From the NCBI GenBank assembly GCA_965208755.1, contig OZ242353.1, positions 4,974,714 to 5,038,713 on the forward strand: a DNA stretch of 64,000 nt, read 5' to 3'. A program made the position numbers and the translations under genes. This document shows positions 28,566 to 37,966 of this stretch, piece after piece (position 1 is the stretch's first letter; every line of letters starts with the position of its first letter). A model generated the notes under the pieces. It ran no database searches and was not told the DNA's origin. It was given only the letters and a program-made list of their open reading frames with translations. Origin of the DNA: Candidatus Multivorans sp. Lineage in GTDB: Bacteria > Acidobacteriota > Thermoanaerobaculia > Multivoradales > Multivoraceae.

Positions 28566-31072
28566 GAGACGAACGGGCGGTTGGGTTTCGCGCCGGCGGG
28601 CTTCTTCCTTCGGCGCTGGCGGCGGCGACGGCGATGGCCTTCGCCTCCGCCGGCGTGGGCCTGCGGGCGTCGGAGTGCGAGGACGACGAAACGACTCCGC
28701 CGACGCCGACCGCCGTCGCCGTGGAGTCCGTGCCCATCACGGTCCCTTCGACGGCGGCGGAGTACTTCGTGCTCTACGTGACCCACGACCTGGGCGACGG
28801 CGATGTCCGCGAGGTTCCGGTGTCGGTGACCCGGGGGGAGGAGGGCGCGACGACGCTCGAGTGGAACCTGTCCGGGCTTCCCGCGTCGAGGTACCGGGTC
28901 GAGAAGTACCGGATCGACGATCCGGGAGACGTGGACGGCGACTGCCGCGACGACCTGACGGACCCGAATCCGGTCAACCCGGCCCGGGAGATCGAACTCG
29001 TGAACGGTCTGAATCTGCTGTCGACGTTTGAGCAGTGGGACGAGCTCTACTTCGACACCGTTCGCGATCGTTGCTCGGAGTGCTTCTTTCACGGGCCCGG
29101 AACGAGATATCTCAAGCTGTTCGGCAATCGCTCGGGCTCGCGGCCGCCGGCAATCTACTTCATCAACGCGCCGACCCACTGGGGGCACCCTGCCTTTCGG
29201 ACCAGAATGAAACTGCAGGCCGGCTGGAACCTGGAGCTGGACAGGGAAACCGGGTTGGGCGACACAGGGCCGGAGGTGGACACCTACTACTGGTGGTTCT
29301 CCTTCCCACAGTACGCGGACGAGTACGCCCATCTGGTGCCCTGGCTGCACAGCGCGATCGCCGCCAACCTGCCGATCATGCGGGCGGATGCGTCCGAATG
29401 GCGGCTTGCCTACTACATCCCCGACAAGACGTGGGATTGGTACAACCTCGACCCGATCACGTCCCGGATAGCCGGTTACGAGCAGGCGGGGGTGCCGGTT
29501 CTGCGCGATGAGGCGTGGGTCGTCGACGTTTCCCTCGAGATGGAGACCGCCATCGTGGACGAAGGCGGTACGGCGTCTCTTCTGACGCGGTTGGCGAAGC
29601 CGCTGTCTTCCTCGGTCACCGTGCCGCTGCTTGTGGCGGGGCGGGACACGTCGACCGCGGTGCCCGCGAGCGTCGAGATCGCCGCCGGAAGCACGGAGGC
29701 GTCGACAAGCTTCTCGACGGCGGTCGACGGGGACACGGAGGACGAGATCGTGACCATCGGTTTCGGCGAGCTTCCCTGGCAGGTCTCGCCCGGCAGCGCC
29801 GCCAGCGTGACCTTGACGGTCAGGGACCTGACACCGATCGGGGAAGCGACTCAGGAGGTCACCCTGTCGGTGGCGCCTTCGACGGTGGAGGAGGGTGCGG
29901 GCGCGACCGTTACCGCGAGCCTGAGCCGGGCGCGATCCACCGCGGTGACGATCCCGCTGCTCGTGAACGACGTGGACGCCGAACCGGGCGACTACACGGC
30001 GCCGTCGTTCATCGGAGTAGCGCGGGGCGCCGTGACGGGCGCGGCGGCCCTTCAGGCCGTGGATGACGGCGACCTGGACGACGAGACCCTCACCGTGTCG
30101 CTGGGCGCCGCCCTGCCCGAGGGCATGGTCGCCGGGACGCCGGACGCCGTACTCGTGACCATCCGGGACGACGATTCGGCGCCTCCTCCTCCGGAATCCG
30201 ATCCTCCTCCTCCTCCTCCTCCTCCTCCTCCTCCTCCTCCTCCGCCGCCGCCCACGCCGCCGGAATCCGATCCTCCGCCTCCTCCTCCTCCGCCCACGCC
30301 GCCGCCCTCGGGTCCGCCGCCCGCGCCGCCGGCGCCCGATCCGGCGCCTGAACCCGAGCCTGAGCCCGCGCCCGAGCCCGAGCCGGAACCCGAGCCTGAA
30401 CCCGAGCCCGAGCCGGCGCCGGCCGGTCCGCTGAAGGCGGACTTCACGGTGGACGCGGACTGCTCCTCGGCGCCGTGCCGGCTGCGGACGGGCGTTCGCG
30501 TGGTGTTCTCGGATTCGAGCGGCGGCCGCGTCGTCGGCCGGCGCTGGAGCTTCGGGGACGGGTCGACGTCCCGCGGGCTGTCGCCGGCGCACGAGTACCG
30601 TTCGCCCGGCTTCTACGAGGTGTCGTTGACGGTGAGCGACGGGACGGAGGAATCGGTGGCGGCCCGGGTCTTCCTGGTGGAGGCGGGGGAGCCCGCGGGC
30701 GCCTGCGTGGGCGGCGCGTCCGTCCGCTGTCTGCGGGATTCCCGTTTCGCGGTCGAGGTGGAGTGGACGGGTCCGGGCGGGGCCGCCGGCGCCGCTCGGG
30801 TGGTCCACGCGGGCACGAACGACTCGGCGCTGTTCTCGTTCTTCGACCGGGCGAACTGGGAGGTTCTGGCGAAGGTTCTGGACGGTTGTGCGGTGAACGG
30901 GAGCTTCTGGGTGTTCGCGGCTTCGACGACGGACCTGGAGTTCACGATTCGGGTGACGGACACGGCGACCGGGGTTTCCCGCGCGTACTCGAACGAGGCG
31001 GGCGCCGCCGCTCCCGCCGTCGCCGACACCGAGGCCTTCCCGGGCGCCTGCGGGAACGGCCGGGGCCGATGA
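28562..31072 (+). CDS. Array gene E. Long form carrying the longest Pro/(PEPA)n linker.
   Basis: Starts MRDERAVGFRAGGLLP. The linker (PPPPPPPPPPPPPPPPPTPPESDPPPPPPPPTPPPSGPPPAPPAPDPAPEPEPEPAPEPEPEPEPEPEPEPAPAGP) is followed by the PKD and C-domains. Confidence 0.75.
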   Translation: MRDERAVGFRAGGLLPSALAAATAMAFASAGVGLRASECEDDETTPPTPTAVAVESVPITVPSTAAEYFVLYVTHDLGDGDVREVPVSVTRGEEGATTLEWNLSGLPASRYRVEKYRIDDPGDVDGDCRDDLTDPNPVNPAREIELVNGLNLLSTFEQWDELYFDTVRDRCSECFFHGPGTRYLKLFGNRSGSRPPAIYFINAPTHWGHPAFRTRMKLQAGWNLELDRETGLGDTGPEVDTYYWWFSFPQYADEYAHLVPWLHSAIAANLPIMRADASEWRLAYYIPDKTWDWYNLDPITSRIAGYEQAGVPVLRDEAWVVDVSLEMETAIVDEGGTASLLTRLAKPLSSSVTVPLLVAGRDTSTAVPASVEIAAGSTEASTSFSTAVDGDTEDEIVTIGFGELPWQVSPGSAASVTLTVRDLTPIGEATQEVTLSVAPSTVEEGAGATVTASLSRARSTAVTIPLLVNDVDAEPGDYTAPSFIGVARGAVTGAAALQAVDDGDLDDETLTVSLGAALPEGMVAGTPDAVLVTIRDDDSAPPPPESDPPPPPPPPPPPPPPPPPTPPESDPPPPPPPPTPPPSGPPPAPPAPDPAPEPEPEPAPEPEPEPEPEPEPEPAPAGPLKADFTVDADCSSAPCRLRTGVRVVFSDSSGGRVVGRRWSFGDGSTSRGLSPAHEYRSPGFYEVSLTVSDGTEESVAARVFLVEAGEPAGACVGGASVRCLRDSRFAVEVEWTGPGGAAGAARVVHAGTNDSALFSFFDRANWEVLAKVLDGCAVNGSFWVFAASTTDLEFTIRVTDTATGVSRAYSNEAGAAAPAVADTEAFPGACGNGRGR

Positions 31073-33144
31073 GAGGCGAACGGGCGGCGGGGTTGCGCGC
31101 GGGCCGGCTTCTCCCTTGGGCGCTGGCGACGGCGATTGCCTTGGCCGCCGCCGCCGGCGATCTGTGGGCGTCGGAATGCGAGGACGACGGAACGACTCCG
31201 CCGACGCCGACCGCCGTCGCCGTGGAGTCCGTGCCCATCACGGTCCCTTCGACGGCGGCGGAGTACTTCGTGCTCTACGTGACCCACGACCTGGGCGACG
31301 GCGATGTCCGCGAGGTTCCGGTGTCGGTGACCCGGGGGGAGGAGGGCGCGACGACGCTCGAGTGGAACCTGTCCGGGCTTCCCGCGTCGCGATACCGGGT
31401 GGAGAAGTACGAGGTCGACGATCCGGGAGACGTGGACGGCGACTGCCGCGACGACCTGACGGACCCGAATCCGGTCAATCCGGCCCGGGAGCTCGAATTC
31501 TCGGACGGTCTGAATCTGCTGTCGACGTCCGAGCAGTGGGACGAGATCTACTTCGACACCGTTCGCGATCGTTGCGGGGCGTGCGAGTTCTTCGGGCCGG
31601 GAACGCGATACCTGAAGCTGCACGTTTCCCGCTCGGACTCGAAGCCGCCGCAGATCTACGTCATCAACTCGCGGACACACTGGGGGCATCCCTGGTTCCG
31701 CAACGCCGTGGGGCTGGAAAAGGACCTGCCGATCGAGTTGGACCGGGGCGCCGGGGTGGGCGACACCGGGTCGGAGGTGGAGACCTACTACTGGTGGTTC
31801 TCCGATGCCAAGGATGCGGTCGCCTCCGCCGGTCTGGTGCCCTGGCTGCACAGTGCGATCGCGGCCAGCCTTCCGATCATGCCGGCCGAGTCCGAGGAGT
31901 GGCGGCTCGCCTACTACATTCCGGACACCAAGTGGGATGCGCCGGCTGTCGAGGCGCTCCCGCCCTGGATTGCCGGCTACGAGGGCGCGGGGGTCCCCGT
32001 TCTGCGCGACCGCTCGTTCGCCCCCGACGCGCCCATCGTCTCGGTCTCGAGCGACCAGGAAACCGTGACGGAGGGGCAGGACGCAAGTTTCACGTTCACG
32101 GCGGATCGGTTTGCCCAGGAGGCCTTTGCGGTCGGATTCAGCGTCGTCGAGAGACCGCGGTTCGCCGGCACCCGGAGGGCAGGAGAAGTCAGGTTCGAGG
32201 CTGGCGCCGCGTCCGCCGTCCTGACGTTGCCGACCGAAGACGACGGCGTGGCCGGAAGAGAGCGTGTGGCGATCGTCCACCTCGAGACGGGGGCCGGCTA
32301 TCTGCCCGGTCCGCGGCGCTCGGCGCGGGTCACGGTGGTCGACAACGATGACGCCTCTCCTCCTCCGCCGCCGCCCTCCGATCCTCCTCCTCCTTCGCCT
32401 CCTCCTCCTTCGCCTCCTCCTCCTTCGCCTCCGCCGCCCGCGCCTCCGGCGCCCGATCCGGCGCCGGAACCCGAGCCCGAACCCGAGCCCGAGCCGGCGG
32501 GTCCGCTGAAGGCGGACTTCACGGTGGACGCGGACTGCTCCTCGGCGCCGTGCCGGCTGCGGACGGGCGTTCGCGTGGTGTTCTCGGATTCGAGCGGCGG
32601 CCGCGTCGTCGGCCGGCGCTGGAGCTTCGGGGACGGGTCGACGTCCCGCGGGCTGTCGCCGGCGCACGAGTACCGTTCGCCCGGCTTCTACGAGGTGTCG
32701 TTGACGGTGAGCGACGGGACGGAGGAATCGGTGGCGACTCGCGTCTTCCTGGTGGAGGCCGGCGAGCCCGCCGGCGCCTGCGTGGGCGGCGCGTCCGTCC
32801 GCTGCCTGCGGGATTCCCGGTTCGCGGTCGAGGTGGAGTGGACGGGTCCGGGCGGGGCCGCCGGCGCCGCCCGGGTGGTCCACGCCGGCACGAACGATTC
32901 GGCTCTGTTCTCGTTCTTCGACCGGGCGAACTGGGAGGTTCTGGCGAAGGTTCTGGACGGTTGTGCGGTGAACGGGAGCTTCTGGGTGTTCGCGGCTTCG
33001 ACGACGGACCTGGAGTTCACGATCCGGGTGACGGACACGGCGACCGGGGTTTCCCGCGCGTACTCGAACGAGGCGGGCGCCGCCGCCGCCGTCGCCGACA
33101 CGGAGGCGTTCCCGGGCGTCTGCGGGAACGGCCGGGGCCGATGA
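31069..33144 (+). CDS. Array gene F. Medium form: N-domain + one insert domain + Pro/PE linker + PKD + C-domain.
   Basis: Conserved start and junctions. The insert domain is a diverged variant (SDQETVTEGQDASFTFTADRFAQEAF…). Confidence 0.75.
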   Translation: MRGERAAGLRAGRLLPWALATAIALAAAAGDLWASECEDDGTTPPTPTAVAVESVPITVPSTAAEYFVLYVTHDLGDGDVREVPVSVTRGEEGATTLEWNLSGLPASRYRVEKYEVDDPGDVDGDCRDDLTDPNPVNPARELEFSDGLNLLSTSEQWDEIYFDTVRDRCGACEFFGPGTRYLKLHVSRSDSKPPQIYVINSRTHWGHPWFRNAVGLEKDLPIELDRGAGVGDTGSEVETYYWWFSDAKDAVASAGLVPWLHSAIAASLPIMPAESEEWRLAYYIPDTKWDAPAVEALPPWIAGYEGAGVPVLRDRSFAPDAPIVSVSSDQETVTEGQDASFTFTADRFAQEAFAVGFSVVERPRFAGTRRAGEVRFEAGAASAVLTLPTEDDGVAGRERVAIVHLETGAGYLPGPRRSARVTVVDNDDASPPPPPPSDPPPPSPPPPSPPPPSPPPPAPPAPDPAPEPEPEPEPEPAGPLKADFTVDADCSSAPCRLRTGVRVVFSDSSGGRVVGRRWSFGDGSTSRGLSPAHEYRSPGFYEVSLTVSDGTEESVATRVFLVEAGEPAGACVGGASVRCLRDSRFAVEVEWTGPGGAAGAARVVHAGTNDSALFSFFDRANWEVLAKVLDGCAVNGSFWVFAASTTDLEFTIRVTDTATGVSRAYSNEAGAAAAVADTEAFPGVCGNGRGR

Positions 33145-35231
33145 GAAACGAACGGGCGGCGGGGTTGCGCGCGGGGCGGCCTCTCCCTTGGGCGCTGGCG
33201 GCGGCGATGGCCGCCTTCGCCGGCGGCCCGTGGGCGGTGGAGTCCGACGACGACGAAACGACTCCGCCGACGCCGACCGCCGTCGCCGTGGAGTCCGTGC
33301 CCATCACGGTCCCTTCGACGGCGGCGGAGTACTTCGTGCTCTACGTGACCCACGACCTGGGCGACGGCGATGTCCGCGAGGTTCCGGTGTCGGTGACCCG
33401 GGGGGAGGAGGGCGCGACGACGCTCGAGTGGAACCTGTCCGGGCTTCCCGCGTCGCGATACCGGGTGGAGAAGTACGAGGTCGACGATCCGGGAGACGTG
33501 GACGGCGACTGCCGCGACGACCTGACGGACCCGAATCCGGTCAACCCGGCCCGGGAGCTCGAATTCTCGGACGGCCTGAATCTGCTGTCGACGTCCGAGC
33601 AGTGGGACGAGATCTACTTTGACGCCGTTCGCAGTCGTTGCGGGGCGTGCGAGTTCTTCGGGCCGGGAACGCGGTACCTGAAGCTGCACGTCGCCCGCTC
33701 GGCCTCGCGGCCCCCGGCGGCCTACTTCATCAACGCGCGGACCCACTTGGTGCACTTCTTGTTCCGCCGCGCCGTGGGGCTGGAAAAGGACCTGTCGCTC
33801 GAGCTGGACAGGGAGACCGGGTTGGCCGGGACCGGGTCGGAGGTGGACACCTACTACTGGTGGTTCTCCGATGCCAGGGATGCGGTCGAATCCGCCGGTC
33901 TGGTGCCCTGGCTGCACAGCGCGATCGCGGCCAGCCTTCCGATCATGCCGGCCGATGCGTCGGAGTGGCGGCTCGCCTACTACATCCCGGACACCAGGTG
34001 GCAGGAGCTGGCCGTCGAGGCGCTGCTGCCCCGGTTGGCCGGCTACGAGAGCGCGGGGGTTCCCGTTCTGCGGGACCGTTCGTTCGACGCCGACCTGCCG
34101 AACATCTCGGTCTCGAGCGATCGGGAGTCCGTGACGGAGGGGCGGGAGGCGACTTTCACGTTCACCGCGGATCCGCCGCCTCGGGAGGCCCTTGAAGTCC
34201 TGTTCCAGGTTGTGGAATCCAGCGGCAGCGACTTCCTGCGCCCCGGTCTCAACCAGGTCTGCGACGACTTCCCGGGCACCCTGGGCAACGCGGGCTACTG
34301 CTGGCTCAGGTTCGAGGCCGATGCCGCGTCCGCCGTCCTGACGATACCGACCGTGGACGACGACGTGGACGGATCGGACGGTGTCGGGACCGTCTCCGTC
34401 GCGAGGTCGTCCCGCTACCTGCTCGGCATGCCTCGTTCGGCGCGGGTCTCGGTGGTCGACAACGATGACGCTCCTCTTTCTCCTCTTCCTCCGCCTCCTC
34501 CTCCTCCTCCTTCGCCTCCGCCGCCCGCGCCTCCGGCGCCCGATCCGGCGCCGGAACCCGAGCCCGAACCCGAGCCCGAGCCGGCGGGTCCGCTGAAGGC
34601 GGACTTCACGGTGAAGGCGGACTGCTCCTCGGATCCGTGCCGGCTGCGGACGGGCGTTCGCGTGGTGTTCTCGGATTCGAGCGGCGGCCGCGTTGTCGGC
34701 CGGCGCTGGAACTTCGGGGACGGGTCGACGTCCCGCGGGCTGTCGCCGGCGCACGAGTACCGTTCGCCCGGCTTCTACGAGGTGTCGTTGACGGTGAGCG
34801 ACGGGACGGAGGAATCGGTGGCGGCCCGGGTCTTCCTGGTGGAGGCCGGCGAGCCCGCCGGCGCCTGCGTGGGCGGCGCGTCCACCCGCTGCCTGCAAGA
34901 TTCCCGGTTCGCGGTCGAGGTGGAGTGGACGGGTCCGGGCGGGGCCGCCGGCGCCGCTCGGGTGGTCCACGCCGGCACGGACGATTCGGCGCTGTTCTCG
35001 TTCTTCGACCGGGCGAACTGGGAGGTTCTGGCGAAGGTTCTGGACGGTTGTGCGGTGAACGGGAGCTTCTGGGTGTTCGCGGCGGCGACGACGGACCTGG
35101 AGTTCACGATCCGGGTGACGGACACGGCGACCGGGGTTTCCCGCGCGTACTCGAACGAGGCGGGCGCCGCCGCCGCCGTCGCCGACACCGAGGCCTTCCC
35201 GGGCGCCTGCGGGAACGGCCGGGGCCGATGA
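33141..35231 (+). CDS. Array gene G. Medium form.
   Basis: Starts MRNERAAGLRAGRPLPWALAAAMAAFAGGPWAVESDDDETTPPTPTAVAVESVPITV. Same domain order as B, F and I. Confidence 0.75.
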   Translation: MRNERAAGLRAGRPLPWALAAAMAAFAGGPWAVESDDDETTPPTPTAVAVESVPITVPSTAAEYFVLYVTHDLGDGDVREVPVSVTRGEEGATTLEWNLSGLPASRYRVEKYEVDDPGDVDGDCRDDLTDPNPVNPARELEFSDGLNLLSTSEQWDEIYFDAVRSRCGACEFFGPGTRYLKLHVARSASRPPAAYFINARTHLVHFLFRRAVGLEKDLSLELDRETGLAGTGSEVDTYYWWFSDARDAVESAGLVPWLHSAIAASLPIMPADASEWRLAYYIPDTRWQELAVEALLPRLAGYESAGVPVLRDRSFDADLPNISVSSDRESVTEGREATFTFTADPPPREALEVLFQVVESSGSDFLRPGLNQVCDDFPGTLGNAGYCWLRFEADAASAVLTIPTVDDDVDGSDGVGTVSVARSSRYLLGMPRSARVSVVDNDDAPLSPLPPPPPPPPSPPPPAPPAPDPAPEPEPEPEPEPAGPLKADFTVKADCSSDPCRLRTGVRVVFSDSSGGRVVGRRWNFGDGSTSRGLSPAHEYRSPGFYEVSLTVSDGTEESVAARVFLVEAGEPAGACVGGASTRCLQDSRFAVEVEWTGPGGAAGAARVVHAGTDDSALFSFFDRANWEVLAKVLDGCAVNGSFWVFAAATTDLEFTIRVTDTATGVSRAYSNEAGAAAAVADTEAFPGACGNGRGR

Positions 35232-37966
35232 GAGGCGAACGGGCGGCGGGGTTGCGCGCGGGGCGGCCTCTCCCTTGGGCGCTGGCGGCGGCGATGGCCG
35301 CCTTCGCCGGCGGCCCGTGGGCGGTGGAGTCCGACGACGACGAAACGACTCCGCCGACGCCGACCGCCGTCGCCGTGGAGTCCGTGCCCATCACGGTCTC
35401 TTCGACGGCGGCGGACTACTTCGTGCTCTACGTGAAGAACGACGTGGGCAACGGCGTTGTACGCGAGGTTCCGGTTTCGGTGACCCGGGGGGAGGAGGGC
35501 TCGACGACGCTCGAGTGGAACCTGTCCGGGCTTCCCGCGTCGAGATACCGGGTCGAGAAGTACCGGATCGACGATCCGGGAGACGTGGACGGCGACGGCC
35601 GGGACGACCTGACGGACCCGAACCCGGTGAACCCGGCCCGGGAGCTCGCGCTCGGCGACGGTCTGAATCTGCTGTCGACGTCCGAGCAGTGGAACGCGCT
35701 GTACTTCGACACCCTTCGCGACGATTGCAAACCGTGCTTCTTCCACGGGCCCGGAACGAGATATCTCAAGCTGCTCGTAGACGGCTCGGAGGCGCCGGCA
35801 ACCTACTTCATCAACGCGCCGACCCACTGGGGGCACCCCTTCTTCCGGATCAGAATGAAATTGGCGTCCGGCGTTTACCTGGAGTTGGACAGGGAAACCG
35901 GGTTGGTCGGGACCGGGTCTGAGATGGACACCTACTTCTGGTGGTTCTCCTATGCGACCGACGCGGTCGCGTACGCTCATCTGGTGCCCTGGCTGCACAG
36001 TGTGGTCGCCGCCAACCTTCCGATCATGCCGGCCGAGGCGTCGGAGTGGCGGCTTGCCTACTACATCCCGGACAGGACGTGGCCGATGCGCTACATCGAC
36101 CGGATCACGCCCCGGATAGCCGGTTACGAGCAGGCTGGGGTGCCGGTTCTGCGCGACGAGTCGTGGGTCGTCGACGTTTCCCTCGAGATGGAGACGACCA
36201 TCGTGGACGAAGGCGGTACGGCGTCCTTCGTGACGCGGCTCGCGAAGCCGCTGTCTTCCTCGGTCACCGTGCCGTTGCTTGTGGCGGGGGCGGGGACGGC
36301 GCCCGCGAGGGTCGAGATCGCCGCCGGGAGCACGGAGGCGTCGGCGAGCTTCGCGACGGCGGTCGACGGGGACACCGAGGACGAGATCGTGACCATCGGT
36401 TTCGGCGAGCTTCCCTGGCAGGTCTCGCCCGGCAGCGCCGCCAGCGTGACCCTGGCGGTCAGGGACCTGACGCCGGCGGCGACGCTGGCGGTGAAGACCG
36501 ACTCCTTGGAGGAGGGTTCGTCGACCGAGGTCGAGGTGCTTCTGACCAGGGCCTGGAGGAGTCCGCTCCTGATTCCCCTGACGACGTCCGGCTCGGCGGA
36601 GAGCGGCGATTTCACGGCCCCGGCGAGCGTGACGATCGCGGCGGGGCGGAAGTCGGGAACGGCTACGATCGCCGCGATGCGCGATCCGGACGCGGACGAC
36701 GAGACCCTGATGGTGTCGCTGGGGACGCTGCCGGAGGAGGTCGCGCGCGGTTCGCCGGCCGCGGTCGAGATCGTGATCCGCGACACGAATCCGGAGGTCA
36801 CCCTGTCGGTGGCGCCTTCGACGGTGGGGGAGGGTGAGAGCGCGACCGTCACCGCGAGCCTGAGCCGGACGCGGTCCACCGCCGTGGCGATTCCGCTGCT
36901 CGTGACCGACGTGGACGCCGAACCGGGCGACTACACGGCGCCGTCGTTCATCGGGGTAGCGCCGAACGTCGTGACGGGCGCCGCGGCCCTTCTGACCGTC
37001 GATGACGGCGACCTGGACGACGAGACCCTCACCGTGTCGCTGGGCGCCGCCCTGCCCGAGGGCATGGTCGCCGGGACGCCGGACGCCGTACTCGTGACCA
37101 TCCGGGACGACGATTCGGCGCCTCCTCCTCCGGAATCCGATCCACCGCCTCCTCCTCCTCCTACTCCTCCGCCTCCTCCGGAATCCGATCCGCCGCCGCC
37201 CGCCGGTCCGCCGCCCGGGCCGCCGGCGCCCAATCCGGCGCCGGAACCCGAGCCTGAGCCCGAGCCTGAACCTGAACCCGAGCTTGAACCCGAGCCCGAT
37301 CCCGAGCCCGAGCCGGCCGGTCCGCTGAAGGCGGACTTCACGGTGGAGGCGGACTGCTCCTCGGATCCGTGCCGGCTGCGGACGGGCGTTCGCGTGGTGT
37401 TCTCGGATTCGAGCGGCGGCCGCGTCGTCGGCCGGCGCTGGAGCTTCGGGGACGGGTCGACGTCCCGCGGGCTGTCGCCGACGCACGAGTACCGTTCGCC
37501 CGGCTTCTACGAGGTGTCGTTGACGGTGAGCGACGGGACGGAGGAATCGGTGGCGGCCCGGGTCTTCCTGGTGGAGGCGGGGGAGCCCGCGGGCGCCTGC
37601 GTGGGCGGCGCGTCCATCCGCTGCCTGCGGGATTCCCGGTTCGCGGTCGAGGTGGAGTGGACGGGTCCGGGCGGGGCCGCCGGCGCCGCTCGGGTGGTCC
37701 ACGCCGGCACGAACGATTCGGCTCTGTTCTCGTTCTTCGACCGGGCGAACTGGGAGGTTCTGGCGAAGGTTCTGGACGGTTGTGCGGTGAACGGGAGCTT
37801 CTGGGTGTTCGCGGCTTCGACGACGGACCTGGAGTTCACGATCCGGGTGACGGACACGGCGACCGGGGTTTCCCGCGCGTACTCGAACGAGGCGGGCGCC
37901 GCCGCCGCCGCCGTCGCCGACGCCGAGGCGTTTCCGGGCGCCTGCGGGAACGGCCGGGGCCGATGA
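35228..37966 (+). CDS. Array gene H. Long form with Calx-beta-like repeats.
   Basis: N-terminus near-identical to gene G. The body resembles C, D and E. Its N-domain variant lacks the central Cys pair (CKPCFFHGPG…DGDGRDD). Confidence 0.75.
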   Translation: MRGERAAGLRAGRPLPWALAAAMAAFAGGPWAVESDDDETTPPTPTAVAVESVPITVSSTAADYFVLYVKNDVGNGVVREVPVSVTRGEEGSTTLEWNLSGLPASRYRVEKYRIDDPGDVDGDGRDDLTDPNPVNPARELALGDGLNLLSTSEQWNALYFDTLRDDCKPCFFHGPGTRYLKLLVDGSEAPATYFINAPTHWGHPFFRIRMKLASGVYLELDRETGLVGTGSEMDTYFWWFSYATDAVAYAHLVPWLHSVVAANLPIMPAEASEWRLAYYIPDRTWPMRYIDRITPRIAGYEQAGVPVLRDESWVVDVSLEMETTIVDEGGTASFVTRLAKPLSSSVTVPLLVAGAGTAPARVEIAAGSTEASASFATAVDGDTEDEIVTIGFGELPWQVSPGSAASVTLAVRDLTPAATLAVKTDSLEEGSSTEVEVLLTRAWRSPLLIPLTTSGSAESGDFTAPASVTIAAGRKSGTATIAAMRDPDADDETLMVSLGTLPEEVARGSPAAVEIVIRDTNPEVTLSVAPSTVGEGESATVTASLSRTRSTAVAIPLLVTDVDAEPGDYTAPSFIGVAPNVVTGAAALLTVDDGDLDDETLTVSLGAALPEGMVAGTPDAVLVTIRDDDSAPPPPESDPPPPPPPTPPPPPESDPPPPAGPPPGPPAPNPAPEPEPEPEPEPEPELEPEPDPEPEPAGPLKADFTVEADCSSDPCRLRTGVRVVFSDSSGGRVVGRRWSFGDGSTSRGLSPTHEYRSPGFYEVSLTVSDGTEESVAARVFLVEAGEPAGACVGGASIRCLRDSRFAVEVEWTGPGGAAGAARVVHAGTNDSALFSFFDRANWEVLAKVLDGCAVNGSFWVFAASTTDLEFTIRVTDTATGVSRAYSNEAGAAAAAVADAEAFPGACGNGRGR

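Noticed and set aside
30181-30425. Short tandem DNA repeats (gagccc/gaaccc, ccgcc) that could superficially suggest a CRISPR-like or VNTR locus
   Set aside because: The units are 6 bp, in-frame, and sit inside coding linkers. There are no spacers and no repeat-spacer periodicity of 25-40 bp.
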